DNA of 64,000 nucleotides, taken from a virus. The position numbers and the translations under genes are program-made. Location of the stretch: the IMG/VR virus record IMGVR_UViG_3300010354_000044, positions 96,001-160,000 of that record; one strand, 5' to 3'. The notes under the pieces are model-generated. The model did no database searches. It was not told the DNA's origin and saw only the letters and a program-made list of their open reading frames with translations. This document shows positions 16,866-26,265 of the stretch, piece by piece (position 1 is the stretch's first letter; each line of letters opens with the position of its first letter).

Positions 16866-19061
16866 ATGGCTACCATCAACCTGCTACCTAATTACCTTTA
16901 CCTCGCGTCAGGGCCCTCGGCGTCGGGTAAGAGCACAGCACTTAAGGGCCTGCCTGCAGGGGTAGTGGTGTCCTCAGACAGCTTGAGAACCCAAATATTC
17001 GGTCTTGAAGCTGATACTGTAGAGGGTAACCTACTAGCCCCTCCTAGCCTAAGACCCCGCCCTGTCAACGATAGCTTTATCTTTGACACCATGAGACAGA
17101 TCGTGGAGGCCCGTCTTAAAGCAGGACTGACAACAGTCGTAGACGCAACTTTGTTAACCGACCGTGACCGCAAGCAGTTCGTGGATATAGCTGCTAGCTA
17201 CAACGTCCCTGTTCAGATTTTGATCTGGGATGTTCCCGCCGAGCAGCTGACTACTAGAGATGCAGATCGTCAGTTCCGGGTAGGGGCTGAGGTTATCCAG
17301 CGACAACTGGAGCGCTTTGAGCGTACATCCCAGTACTCCTATATTGTAGACGACTACTTTGAGCTTGAAATAGCTCACCTAACAGTAGCTAGTAGCGTAG
17401 AACTGGATTTCGTGGGTGACATCCACGGCTGCTACGACCAGTTAATAGAACTGATTGAAAAGCTAGGCTATGTTATTGGCGAGGACGGTATTGCTAGGTA
17501 TGCTGGTAATGAGCCCCGGCGTCTGTGCTTTTTGGGCGACTATGTAGACCGAGGGCCCAAGTCCTTAGAGGTACTCAAATTCATTTACCGGAATACGCCT
17601 ACGCATTGGGCGTTGCTGGGGAACCATGATAGTAACCTTCTCAAGGGGTTGCTAGGAAAACCCGTAACCTCCAAGGCCACACAGGAGACCCTCCATGAAG
17701 TGATGGTCGCCAAGGCGGAGAAGTGGGTTACAGAGCTACTGACCTCACTGCCTCGTTATCTAACCTGGCGGAATGTCGTTATTTGCCATGCCGACATCCA
17801 GAGGCTTAACTTACCTCAGGAGACAACTCAGTGCGTTTACGGTTGTAGTAAACTGAACAGGCCTATAAACGCCGATGAAATCTGGAGTAAGACTGAGAAG
17901 CGCCTGCTTATCCGCGGTCACTTTACTCCTGACCACGAGTACGATAACGTCATTACCCTGGACGGTAATCCGGGCTATGGCGGTACTATTAAAGCAGGGC
18001 GTTTTGCTGTTGCTCAAGTTGCGGGTCGGAAGCATGATAACTTCTTAATCCAGCAATGGATTGAATTCTCATTAGGGCCTACGGAAGATTATGAAGAACG
18101 CAAGAAGACTGTAATAGGTTTTCGCCTTGCCGCTATGCCAAAAGAGTTGGTTAGCACGGCTACATCGCCTTGCGGCCACCTCAAGCTGTTTAAATACACG
18201 CCTAATGCCTTTAGACAGTCCTTTAAATCTGAAGGGCCTTGGCTGGAGTACCCTGACCTTAAGTACGCCCGAGGCCTTGTCGTAGGCCTTAACCACCAAC
18301 CGGTGAACACGGTCTTTCCTAAAATTCCTAGTTACACCGAAGGAATTGATCCGAGCAAGCAGGTGATTGCCGCGACAAAGTTGAACGGCTTTCTCCTAGC
18401 TACATTCAGACATCCTTACAAAGAGGATGTGGTCTTCACTACTACCGGGTCGTTTGACTCTGAGTACGTAAAGATGGGCCGTGCATTGTTCTACAAGCAC
18501 GCAAAACAGTCTCGGCAGCAGCTCCTAAACAGCCCGGGATTGACATTCTTGTGGGAGGTTATAGACCCTAATAAAGACCAAAATGTCCACCCTATTGCCT
18601 CGTCCGCAGGCATCTACCTAATTGCTGTAGGGCAAAATGGGGTAATCCTCCCCGAGGAGGAGATGCAAAGCTACGCCGGCAACTTGAATGTCAACTGTGC
18701 CAGTCATGTACAGACTGACTTCGGGTCAGTCCTAGAAATGGCCCGCACCAGCGACGGCGAGGGCTATATGATTAGGGACTTGGAAGGTAACTACCTTGCA
18801 AAGCTCAAATCACCGTTTTACCTGACTGTCAAGAAGTTTATGCGTCTATCGCCAAAGGCGGGCGCACAGCTCTTTAACGACCCTATTAATTTCAACTTTG
18901 AGTATATTTGGCAGCAGTGCATGGACAACCCTTATGCCAACGACCTTTATACCCGGCAGACAGCTATCGCCGAAGCTATCCGAACACACTTTTCCTGTGA
19001 AACTTGGCAACAAGCAGATAGTTTAACCCGTAGAGAATTTCTCTATCGCATGTTAAGCTAA
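16866..19061 (+). CDS. polynucleotide kinase / metallophosphoesterase / RNA ligase (RNA repair fusion)
   Basis: GPSASGKS P-loop and DAT; GDIHG, GDYVDRG, GNHD; ligase motifs KLNG, FLWE, EGYM, KLKS; AAGGA SD before ATG 16866. Confidence 0.88.
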   Translation: MATINLLPNYLYLASGPSASGKSTALKGLPAGVVVSSDSLRTQIFGLEADTVEGNLLAPPSLRPRPVNDSFIFDTMRQIVEARLKAGLTTVVDATLLTDRDRKQFVDIAASYNVPVQILIWDVPAEQLTTRDADRQFRVGAEVIQRQLERFERTSQYSYIVDDYFELEIAHLTVASSVELDFVGDIHGCYDQLIELIEKLGYVIGEDGIARYAGNEPRRLCFLGDYVDRGPKSLEVLKFIYRNTPTHWALLGNHDSNLLKGLLGKPVTSKATQETLHEVMVAKAEKWVTELLTSLPRYLTWRNVVICHADIQRLNLPQETTQCVYGCSKLNRPINADEIWSKTEKRLLIRGHFTPDHEYDNVITLDGNPGYGGTIKAGRFAVAQVAGRKHDNFLIQQWIEFSLGPTEDYEERKKTVIGFRLAAMPKELVSTATSPCGHLKLFKYTPNAFRQSFKSEGPWLEYPDLKYARGLVVGLNHQPVNTVFPKIPSYTEGIDPSKQVIAATKLNGFLLATFRHPYKEDVVFTTTGSFDSEYVKMGRALFYKHAKQSRQQLLNSPGLTFLWEVIDPNKDQNVHPIASSAGIYLIAVGQNGVILPEEEMQSYAGNLNVNCASHVQTDFGSVLEMARTSDGEGYMIRDLEGNYLAKLKSPFYLTVKKFMRLSPKAGAQLFNDPINFNFEYIWQQCMDNPYANDLYTRQTAIAEAIRTHFSCETWQQADSLTRREFLYRMLS

Positions 19062-19065
19062 TAGT

Positions 19066-19899
19066 GTGGAGTTGTGGACAGATCCAAGGGGTGGGGCAAC
19101 TCACCCTTTTTCTTATTATTTTTTAGCAGCCATGACATTTCTAGATTATGTCGTCCCCACAACCGACTCTTTATGGGTTGTAGTTGACTGGGACCGTTAT
19201 GGTGTCCCCCATGTCTATGGGGTACAAAATTACTTCGTAGCCCAAGAGTTAAGGGGTCTCCTTTATAGCAGTAACTTGGCTGCGGCTGCCCAGTATCAAA
19301 CGCTGACAAGAAGCCAAACACCAGGCCCAGTATACGAACCCGAGACTTATATATTGCCTACCTTAAGTCTCGGGTTATTGAAAGCTACTAGTGACTATTC
19401 TGATCAGATAGATACTATTATCTGTGAGTCCCGAATACAGCCCCGGGTTACCGCAGCCTTCACGCAAGATCTAAATCGCCAGTGCGTAACGTTTCAGCGT
19501 AGTTTTGCACCTTTACAGGCTGCAATTGAAGAAGCAAGGTCTGGTTTAACTTACACGCTACACCAGGAAGGGACTGGAGTGGATAGGCATTTCCAAGTCT
19601 TGGATATGAGTAGGAGGAATGCTTATATGCTAGAAGCTCTAGTGAACCATAATGTTTCTTTTTTACAGAAACAGGAATTAGAGGAGCTTAGTTGCCTGCC
19701 TGAATTATTAGTCTTAGCCTGCGCGTCTAAATTCCAGGAAGCTAAAACCCTTTTGGGCTTTATCTATGGACCCAACGTCCGCTGGCCTGATGGCGAGACA
19801 GACATAGTTAAAGCATACCCAGTAGGTACCCACTTTTCTGTAGTGACAAAACCCGGGCTGCAGATTTACACCTCGCCGGGGGATCTTCTTCAACTTTAG
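19066..19899 (+). CDS. hypothetical protein
   Basis: Up to 277-aa ORF following the PNK-ligase gene. Confidence 0.6.
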   Translation: MELWTDPRGGATHPFSYYFLAAMTFLDYVVPTTDSLWVVVDWDRYGVPHVYGVQNYFVAQELRGLLYSSNLAAAAQYQTLTRSQTPGPVYEPETYILPTLSLGLLKATSDYSDQIDTIICESRIQPRVTAAFTQDLNRQCVTFQRSFAPLQAAIEEARSGLTYTLHQEGTGVDRHFQVLDMSRRNAYMLEALVNHNVSFLQKQELEELSCLPELLVLACASKFQEAKTLLGFIYGPNVRWPDGETDIVKAYPVGTHFSVVTKPGLQIYTSPGDLLQL

Positions 19900-19912
19900 T
19901 ATCGTACAAGGT

Positions 19913-20146
19913 TTGAGTATGACCTATGTATTTCGCCTGAAAGGCTCTTCGTACTTGTGTCACCCCGACACTGGGGAGTTATGTCAATTCCGGTCTGAGC
20001 TAGAGGCCTATGCCTACGCTGAGAGCCGCGGCATAGAGGGGGAAGCTATAAGGCTGAGTCAGAGTAGCTATAAGCACCAAAAGCCCTGCGTCAACATGAC
20101 GTACATGGAAGCTATCCCAGTTCATATCGTCAATAGGGTAATTTAG
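19913..20146 (+). CDS. hypothetical protein
   Basis: 77-aa ORF. Confidence 0.5.
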   Translation: MSMTYVFRLKGSSYLCHPDTGELCQFRSELEAYAYAESRGIEGEAIRLSQSSYKHQKPCVNMTYMEAIPVHIVNRVI

Positions 20147-20149
20147 CCT

Positions 20150-20332
20150 ATGAATAAAAATACAACCCCGATGGGAGAAGGGGGAGACCCTGAAGATAAA
20201 AGGGTAGAGCTTGATGTTTTCTTTACTCCGGAACAAAAGAGAAAGCTAGAAGAGATAGCTAAAGCTACCGGGCTTGAGACATGGGAAGTCGCCCATAAAA
20301 TGCTTGAGTTAAATATGAACGATAGAAATTAG
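20150..20332 (+). CDS. putative ribbon-helix-helix (CopG-like) DNA-binding protein
   Basis: RVELDVFFTPEQKRKLEEIAKATGLETWEVAHKML. Confidence 0.5.
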   Translation: MNKNTTPMGEGGDPEDKRVELDVFFTPEQKRKLEEIAKATGLETWEVAHKMLELNMNDRN

Positions 20333-20341
20333 GAGGTAACG

Positions 20342-20788
20342 ATGAAGCTTGACTTAATTCAACGAGGACAATTTAGAGTACAAGAATGGAAGAAGGGGGT
20401 AGATAACGTAGTTTGCTTTGACTACATGGGTAGTTCAGAGTTTGAGGGTGAAGCATTAGGCGCTAGCCTCAAAACTATCAGGGATAATATAGAAGCTTAC
20501 AATCTTACAATCCAACAAGTTTCTGCTTATGGAAAGCAGATTAGTTACTTCCTATTCGCTCCAAAAGCGAATGAAGGAGAAATTGTTGAGGGTATCAAGC
20601 AAATAGCTTTGGATAAAGTGCATTTGAAAGAAGTAGCCTATTTTGATGCAGCCTGTGGGAATATTACTTGGCTTACTCCAAGAAACCTACCGAACTTGTG
20701 GTGGGATATTAAGAACCATTTTATATGGTGGTTACCCCATGAGCTGCAGGATGAATTTATGGCCGCGCTAAGGAACGGTGGGGCATGA
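20342..20788 (+). CDS. conserved phage hypothetical (FDYMGSSEFE motif)
   Basis: AGGAGG SD; DYMGSxEFE...WWDIxN pattern. Confidence 0.65.
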   Translation: MKLDLIQRGQFRVQEWKKGVDNVVCFDYMGSSEFEGEALGASLKTIRDNIEAYNLTIQQVSAYGKQISYFLFAPKANEGEIVEGIKQIALDKVHLKEVAYFDAACGNITWLTPRNLPNLWWDIKNHFIWWLPHELQDEFMAALRNGGA

Positions 20789-21213
20789 ATGCTGGACTAC
20801 CTAGCAATATGGTAATAGGTTTAATTCTACCTCTGCGGCTAATCAGCCTAGGCTATCCAGCAGGGAATTGGTTTATTGATTTTAGCCCTCAAGCATGCTT
20901 ACTAGCTAAGGTAGACTGGCCTGAGTTCTTCCGTCAGACAGGTATTCAGTTAATCCCGGAAACTTTCGGGGAAAGATTCCTCTTCCGTGATTTGCAGAGA
21001 GGTACCTTAGAGCTTAATGAAATCCTGGACGCTTTGGCCACACCAGTACACGGCCTTACTGGGGTTATTGTGCGGCTTGATGTAGCGAAACTCCCAGACG
21101 ACAAAGCCTGTTATAAATACCAATGGACTTATTTCTATGGGTATTGCGAGACTTTTGCGGGGCTTGACGGCGTGCTCCAATCGCTGGTTGAAAAGGCCAG
21201 TCAAGGGCAGTAA
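20785..21213 (+). CDS. hypothetical protein
   Basis: ATGA overlap with the previous gene. Confidence 0.55.
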   Translation: MNAGLPSNMVIGLILPLRLISLGYPAGNWFIDFSPQACLLAKVDWPEFFRQTGIQLIPETFGERFLFRDLQRGTLELNEILDALATPVHGLTGVIVRLDVAKLPDDKACYKYQWTYFYGYCETFAGLDGVLQSLVEKASQGQ

Positions 21214-21227
21214 AATCTTTAGAACCC

Positions 21228-21566
21228 ATGGAATATATCTTCGGGACGTTTATAACAGGCGAAACGAGAATGGTTAATTACAAGATACTAACAGGGCCCC
21301 TTGCAGGGGAGGTTGCTGAAGAGGGGCAAATCCTAGATTTGGATTATAAGGACTTGCCCTTTGACTGGAAGCTTATGATTGTTGAATGGGCGGACGAGAA
21401 CCCTAAATACAAACGTATAGCCCCCCTTTCCTACCAGCAGTCACAAAGCGGACATCTAGTGCTTTTGGATGACATTAAGTCCGACTACGAGACTAGCTGG
21501 CAGACTAAAGAGACGGATAGTCCTCCTACTATACAGCCCGCTTCTAAGTGGGTGACTCAAGATTGA
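21228..21566 (+). CDS. hypothetical protein
   Basis: 112-aa ORF. Confidence 0.55.
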   Translation: MEYIFGTFITGETRMVNYKILTGPLAGEVAEEGQILDLDYKDLPFDWKLMIVEWADENPKYKRIAPLSYQQSQSGHLVLLDDIKSDYETSWQTKETDSPPTIQPASKWVTQD

Positions 21567-21589
21567 TAACCCTTTAACATTTTTACACC

Positions 21590-21808
21590 ATGCTTGCACC
21601 AGCTATTTTACTTTTTGAAATCTACCCCAAGACCTACGTTAATCTCCGCGAGATTGCATCTATTGAGCGTGATCTTAATGACGCGACTATTTACTTATCA
21701 AACGGGAGGACTTATTGCGTTAGCCTTGGAATTCTTGAACTTATCATAAAAGAGATGACTGTAATTTCTCCTCGTGAGCCTGGCAAACGCCCGTCGGCAA
21801 TAGGGTAG
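21590..21808 (+). CDS. small hypothetical protein
   Basis: YVNLREIASIE...TIYLSNG beta-rich motif. Confidence 0.5.
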   Translation: MLAPAILLFEIYPKTYVNLREIASIERDLNDATIYLSNGRTYCVSLGILELIIKEMTVISPREPGKRPSAIG

Positions 21809-21872
21809 CAGCTAAATCAAGACGGAAAGGTAGAATATTGATCTGCCCCTAACAAACAAAGGTTCTTATGAT

Positions 21873-22172
21873 ATGGAACAAGGTAACCCAGCCAACTACG
21901 ATCCAAATCGAGTAAGGCCGCATATGTGCGCTGTATGCCCCCACCGTGAAGGGTCGCCACTAGCTTCTCTGGTACCAAAATTAATAGAGGTGGCGCTTAC
22001 GGAAGCAAACCACTTCTGTCATCTTGAACAAACCCAAGGGCTTGATCCCACTATCCTGTGCCGCGGAACCCGGAAGTTGCAAATAGAGTTTTTCACTACC
22101 TTGGGTGTTCTAGACGAACCTACGGATGAGTGCTGGGAGCGTACATTAAAGGCCCTACAAGATTCCGAATAG
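21873..22172 (+). CDS. Cys/His-rich putative metal-binding protein
   Basis: CAVCPHR...FCH...LCRG. Confidence 0.6.
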   Translation: MEQGNPANYDPNRVRPHMCAVCPHREGSPLASLVPKLIEVALTEANHFCHLEQTQGLDPTILCRGTRKLQIEFFTTLGVLDEPTDECWERTLKALQDSE

Positions 22173-22230
22173 TTTGCTTATCAGAAAAACAACAGAACAG
22201 GATTAACTCACTATTTACGGGACGTTACCT

Positions 22231-22746
22231 ATGAACAATGAAGAAATTTATAATACTTTAAACGCCTGGCTCTATAAAGAGATGTCCCTTACCAAACAGG
22301 AAATTGTTAAAATCCTTCATAGTTCTTTAAATGCCTGGGAGTATAAAGGGATGGATCTTACCAAAGAGGACATTGTTGCTATGCGGAAGCAGTGGGAGGC
22401 AATTAAGTTTGATACTCCCGAGTTCTTGCAAAATAGGATTGATAAAAAATTTGCTCACATCGCTCACATCCAAGCCCCCAAAAGCTTTGCGAGTCACGAT
22501 AATCTTGAATGCTTTGTTCACGATGTAAACGAGGCGCTAGAACGCTTTGCACCTGAATTCCTACGTGGCACCTATAAAAAGGTGAAATCACAGTATGTTT
22601 ACGAAAAGGATGATCTTAAGATATCTGCGAAACACATCTACGAGGGTATTTACGTTCTTGTAATATGGAAAGAAGGCGAATATATAAGTTCTGATATACA
22701 GGGTGCCGTTTCTAAATGGGCAGAGGATTACCATTATCATGAATAA
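22231..22746 (+). CDS. hypothetical protein with N-terminal duplication
   Basis: LNAWLYKEMSLTKQEIV / LNAWEYKGMDLTKEDIV repeat. Confidence 0.6.
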   Translation: MNNEEIYNTLNAWLYKEMSLTKQEIVKILHSSLNAWEYKGMDLTKEDIVAMRKQWEAIKFDTPEFLQNRIDKKFAHIAHIQAPKSFASHDNLECFVHDVNEALERFAPEFLRGTYKKVKSQYVYEKDDLKISAKHIYEGIYVLVIWKEGEYISSDIQGAVSKWAEDYHYHE

Positions 22747-22990
22747 GGAGGCGTTCACAAGCGCTGTCCACGAAAAGATCGGCTACCATGCCGGTGATGA
22801 AATTATGCCCGATGGTGGGGGTTTTTATTATTTCCGATGGAACCGAAGACAAACGGACAACAACCTAATTGTTGGCTATAAACCCAACAAACCAGAGGTT
22901 AGGTGGCTTGTTTACGAAAGTACCAAACCCATCAAGCTTGGATGGGGTCCGACCATAGATGCCGCTTTTACAAAAGCAGGATTATCATGA
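22739..22990 (+). CDS. hypothetical protein
   Basis: Probable start MNKEAF. Confidence 0.5.
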   Translation: MNKEAFTSAVHEKIGYHAGDEIMPDGGGFYYFRWNRRQTDNNLIVGYKPNKPEVRWLVYESTKPIKLGWGPTIDAAFTKAGLS

Positions 22991-23601
22991 ACTATGACCA
23001 ACTTACAGCAACACAGCTACGACTGTTTAACTTAATATCCCACGTCCATTCTTGGCAGCATCTCGCTCAGCTACCCGACCAAATTGCGGAAGCTCTTATT
23101 CATTTAGCATTTGCGAATAGGGGTTCTGGCTACCCAGCTATTGCCGCTAGGTATAAGCTCGAGCGACTAGCCTCTATGTCTCATTCCGAAATTATTCAAG
23201 CCTGGGACAAGTTAAACGATACACATTCTTCCTCTAGGATTACTGCCAAAAAGATCAAATTCTATGTAGAGGATGTTTATAGTGATAATGGGGTTCAGTA
23301 TATTCAGGAAGCCTATGAGTTCCCTAATGGGCTGATTATGTCTTTATTACCACCAAACTTCACTTATTTCTATCCTGACAGGATTAGGTTACGTGCAGAG
23401 CGCGTAATTGAGACTGAAGATACTATCACTTTCACTCCTCACAAACTCCACCAGGCTTTAACCGACAGCATCAGTACATTTGATCAGGACCACATAACAG
23501 AAGAACTAGCGTTTTTAGTCAACCAATTGATCAACGACTACTTCGCAGCCAAATCCCGCCCCATTACCCCTAAACCTAAAACCGGCAGCCTGCAATCTTA
23601 A
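22987..23601 (+). CDS. hypothetical protein
   Basis: Probable start MNYDQL (ATGA overlap). Confidence 0.55.
   Translation: MNYDQLTATQLRLFNLISHVHSWQHLAQLPDQIAEALIHLAFANRGSGYPAIAARYKLERLASMSHSEIIQAWDKLNDTHSSSRITAKKIKFYVEDVYSDNGVQYIQEAYEFPNGLIMSLLPPNFTYFYPDRIRLRAERVIETEDTITFTPHKLHQALTDSISTFDQDHITEELAFLVNQLINDYFAAKSRPITPKPKTGSLQS
23555..23597 (+). repeat. C-tract/CGGCAG element, copy 3
   Basis: CCCGCCCCATTACCCCTAAACCTAAAACCGGCAGCCTGCAATC. Confidence 0.75.
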
Positions 23602-23658
23602 CAAAGTTAAAAACCTGTAACCGCAGCGATATGTATTCCTGTCTCGGCCATTCTATTC

Positions 23659-24075
23659 GTGTCCGCCATGAGTAATGTCAATCCTTCCCCTAAAGCCCTC
23701 TTTATCTCTCCTGATGGCAAAGTCTACCCCGACACCCTGATTTGTTCTGGAAGCTTACCCCCAGAACTGCAAGGTAAACCCTGTCCCTACTCTCAAAATG
23801 GGCGATTACCCGATCCGGTGCCTCTAAATCCAGATGACCCTGGCTATACTCCTGACAAAGGTAAACCTGGGGACTTATGCCCGCCTTGTGCTAAACAACA
23901 ACTAGCCCACTTGGGGCATTGGCAGGGCCATGGCGGGCAATCCTTCCCTGAAGACCTATTACCGCTACGCCTATTCAAATGCCGAATGTGGTTTTGGCTA
24001 GTGGTGCCTGGTTTAGAAGATAACACCCCAACAGAACTGCTTTCTACGCCCCCCCCCTCTCCCCAGTACCCCTAA
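23659..24075 (+). CDS. Cys/Pro-rich protein resembling a conserved cyanobacterial hypothetical
   Basis: LIC...CPYS...CPPCAKQQL...LFKCRMWFWLVVPG; recalled as host-like, unverified. Confidence 0.6.
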   Translation: MSAMSNVNPSPKALFISPDGKVYPDTLICSGSLPPELQGKPCPYSQNGRLPDPVPLNPDDPGYTPDKGKPGDLCPPCAKQQLAHLGHWQGHGGQSFPEDLLPLRLFKCRMWFWLVVPGLEDNTPTELLSTPPPSPQYP

Positions 24076-24092
24076 AACCGGCAGTTTGCATC
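24049..24092 (+). repeat. C-tract/CGGCAG element, copy 4
   Basis: CCCCCCCCCTCTCCCCAGTACCCCTAAAACCGGCAGTTTGCATC. Confidence 0.75.
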
Positions 24093-24105
24093 ATTAACTT
24101 TTAAC

Positions 24106-24134
24106 TTGCAATTTTGCAAGTTATGTAGTAGTAT
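24106..24134 (+). promoter_or_regulatory. sigma70-type promoter for the RNA array operon
   Basis: TTGCAA-N17-TAGTAT; predicted +1 at about 24141-24142, the first base of RNA A. Confidence 0.65.
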
Positions 24135-24141
24135 GCTAAAT

Positions 24142-24193
24142 GGGCATAGCAACTTCCTTAACTTTGAAATTTGGCCATACCTAGTTGCCGCCC
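24142..24193 (+). ncRNA. structured small RNA A (Y-RNA-like)
   Basis: GGGC-ATA-GCAACT-[TCCTT...CT]-AGTTGC-C-GCCC. Confidence 0.75.
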
Positions 24194-24205
24194 TTTAAAC
24201 ATTTA

Positions 24206-24258
24206 ACCCGCATAAAGCATTCCTTTAAAACTATTTGGGATAACTATGCTTCGCGGGT
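24206..24258 (+). ncRNA. structured small RNA B (Y-RNA-like)
   Basis: ACCCGC-ATA-AAGCAT-[TCCTT...CT]-ATGCTT-C-GCGGGT; compensatory changes relative to A and C. Confidence 0.75.
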
Positions 24259-24276
24259 GGCTACTACCCGACTAGA

Positions 24277-24350
24277 CGGGGCATAGCGCAGTTTGGTAGC
24301 GCGCCTGCTTTGGGAGCAGGATGCCGCAGGTTCAAATCCTGCTGTCCCGA
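24277..24350 (+). tRNA. trnP-TGG: tRNA-Pro(TGG)
   Basis: CGGGGCA/TGTCCCG acceptor, CCTGC-TTTGGGA-GCAGG anticodon arm, GTTCAAATC. Confidence 0.93.
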
Positions 24351-24353
24351 TTA

Positions 24354-24409
24354 AGTCGCATAGCAACTTCCTTTTCCGTAATTCCTACCTACCCTTAGTT
24401 GCCGCGACT
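24354..24409 (+). ncRNA. structured small RNA C (Y-RNA-like)
   Basis: AGTCGC-ATA-GCAACT-[TCCTT...TT]-AGTTGC-C-GCGACT. Confidence 0.75.
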
Positions 24410-24432
24410 ACCATTATTAAGGAGGCCCGATT

Positions 24433-26265
24433 ATGACTAAGCTAGATACCCGTTTAATCAGGTGCGCCTTGGACTACTTCAAGTGCGTTCCGTTGTCAGA
24501 TGACAATGAAGTCGCTGAAGAGCCCGTACTTATTAAGAACCGCGGTATTGTGCTGCACCCTACTGCGGTGTACGCGGAAAAGGTAGTAGAAAATTGGCTG
24601 AGCAACTCCCCTAACGGGGAACAGATGAATAAGACCTTCTATACCTCCTGGCGGGAGTGCCTGGCGGTCTCAACCAAGCAGCATATGCTCAACCAATTTG
24701 TACACTACATTACCGCGTATCTTAACGACCGGGGGCTTAGTGATGAGATTATTGTTCCCCGCAATGAACAAGACATTGCTGCAGATCTGCGTCTGCAGGT
24801 TATTAGAGGGGTATCACTTGACGAATTGGTAATTAGGGCCCACAAGACCCTCTGTCAGAACATCGCCCATCCTCAAGAGGTTATAGAAGACCTGTTATAT
24901 ATTCTTGAGTGCGGCGAATTTGCCTGGAATGAGGAGGAATTGGCCAAGGTCACTAACCGAGAAGCTCGGTATCAAATCTTTAAGCTGCTGGGTCTATACC
25001 CTAGTGAAGCAGAGGAGCTAACCAAGTACCTCTTTTTCCTAGCCACCAGCGATTCCTTAATTATCGGCAACAAGCAGTATATCCAAAGCCTAAGGACATC
25101 TAATTACGTCTTGAAGCTAACCCAAGAGCAGATTGACTTAGTAGCCGAGTGCTTCCATCGGTTCAAGAACCTATGGCTGGCGCTTAAGAAAGCTTCCAGC
25201 GCAAATCCCAAAGTGGTTAATACCATATCGCGGAGAGCTAAAGAGCTGCATATACCTAAAAAGCTGCCGGCTATCAAAACTGTGACTTCGGGCACGTTCT
25301 CTAGTAGTGAATTGGAGGACCTAGGTCGTCGGTCTTCTATCAAAGACCTTGTTACAGCTATTAATGCACTGAAGCTGTACCAGGATACAGACAGACGGTT
25401 CTTCCGTGTCCGAAATGGTAGAGGTTGGGCTACTAAGGCTATGGAAGGGGTGTTAGGTATGCCAGTTAACGACCGGAAGGCTCAATGGTGTGCCTATGAG
25501 AAGACACTGCTTGCAATTCTTAAGGAGAAAGTTGCTGCAAAGGGTTTGCGGGTGTACTGTCCTGATTACGTGGACTATAGCTTCCCGACCAGTCGGAAGC
25601 AGATGGTTGGTAACATCCCTGTAGGAACTAAGGTGAATGTGCCCAAAGATTCTAGAAATTCCATTGTAGGTATCTATTGGGAAAATCAAGAAGATGCCCG
25701 AGTGGACCTAGACCTTACCGCTCATCATATGAGTGGTGAAGTAGTAGGGTGGTATACCCGTCATAGAAGTGCGCAAGTGCCCCTAGTTTATTCTGGAGAC
25801 ATTACCAGCGGGCCTGCGGCGGAGTATGTTTACCGCAGCCCTTCTTGTACCGATCCTTTCCTATTAGCAGTAACCCACTTTGAAGGACCTTTGGAAAACC
25901 TGCGGTTCCATTTGATCATTGGGCATGAGCTAGAGGAAGCTAAACATAGCATTAATCCAAATAATGTTTTATTTAGCCTGCCGCTGACTATGGCAAGTAA
26001 ACAAAGCTGCTTAGGGCTACTAACTCAGTCAGCAGAAGGTCTAACCTTCTTTGTCAACAACGTAGGGATTGGAAACCAGCGGGTAACCCGAGCGTGCGAA
26101 AAGATAGAAACTATTTTGATGCATGCATTAGCTAGTTCTAATACTGGCCTTAAGTTGCGTGACTTAAAGGATGTAATTGAGTTTGTAGACGAACCAGATT
26201 CAAACAGTATAAACCTATCCCCGAGCGAATTGATGGTTGACTCCTTCAACTGCTTTGTGGATTAA
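24433..26265 (+). CDS. large helical protein with C-terminal TerD-like domain (putative TROVE/Ro-TerD type)
   Basis: AAGGAGG SD; VGIYWEN...RVDLDL...YSGDITS..AAEYV TerD-like motifs; all-alpha N-terminal two thirds. Confidence 0.65.
   Translation: MTKLDTRLIRCALDYFKCVPLSDDNEVAEEPVLIKNRGIVLHPTAVYAEKVVENWLSNSPNGEQMNKTFYTSWRECLAVSTKQHMLNQFVHYITAYLNDRGLSDEIIVPRNEQDIAADLRLQVIRGVSLDELVIRAHKTLCQNIAHPQEVIEDLLYILECGEFAWNEEELAKVTNREARYQIFKLLGLYPSEAEELTKYLFFLATSDSLIIGNKQYIQSLRTSNYVLKLTQEQIDLVAECFHRFKNLWLALKKASSANPKVVNTISRRAKELHIPKKLPAIKTVTSGTFSSSELEDLGRRSSIKDLVTAINALKLYQDTDRRFFRVRNGRGWATKAMEGVLGMPVNDRKAQWCAYEKTLLAILKEKVAAKGLRVYCPDYVDYSFPTSRKQMVGNIPVGTKVNVPKDSRNSIVGIYWENQEDARVDLDLTAHHMSGEVVGWYTRHRSAQVPLVYSGDITSGPAAEYVYRSPSCTDPFLLAVTHFEGPLENLRFHLIIGHELEEAKHSINPNNVLFSLPLTMASKQSCLGLLTQSAEGLTFFVNNVGIGNQRVTRACEKIETILMHALASSNTGLKLRDLKDVIEFVDEPDSNSINLSPSELMVDSFNCFVD

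Noticed and set aside
24142-24409. Small RNA units as plain terminators or tRNA fragments
   Set aside because: Large loops, no consistent U-tails and no T/D-arm motifs; they lie directly downstream of a promoter and upstream of a gene.
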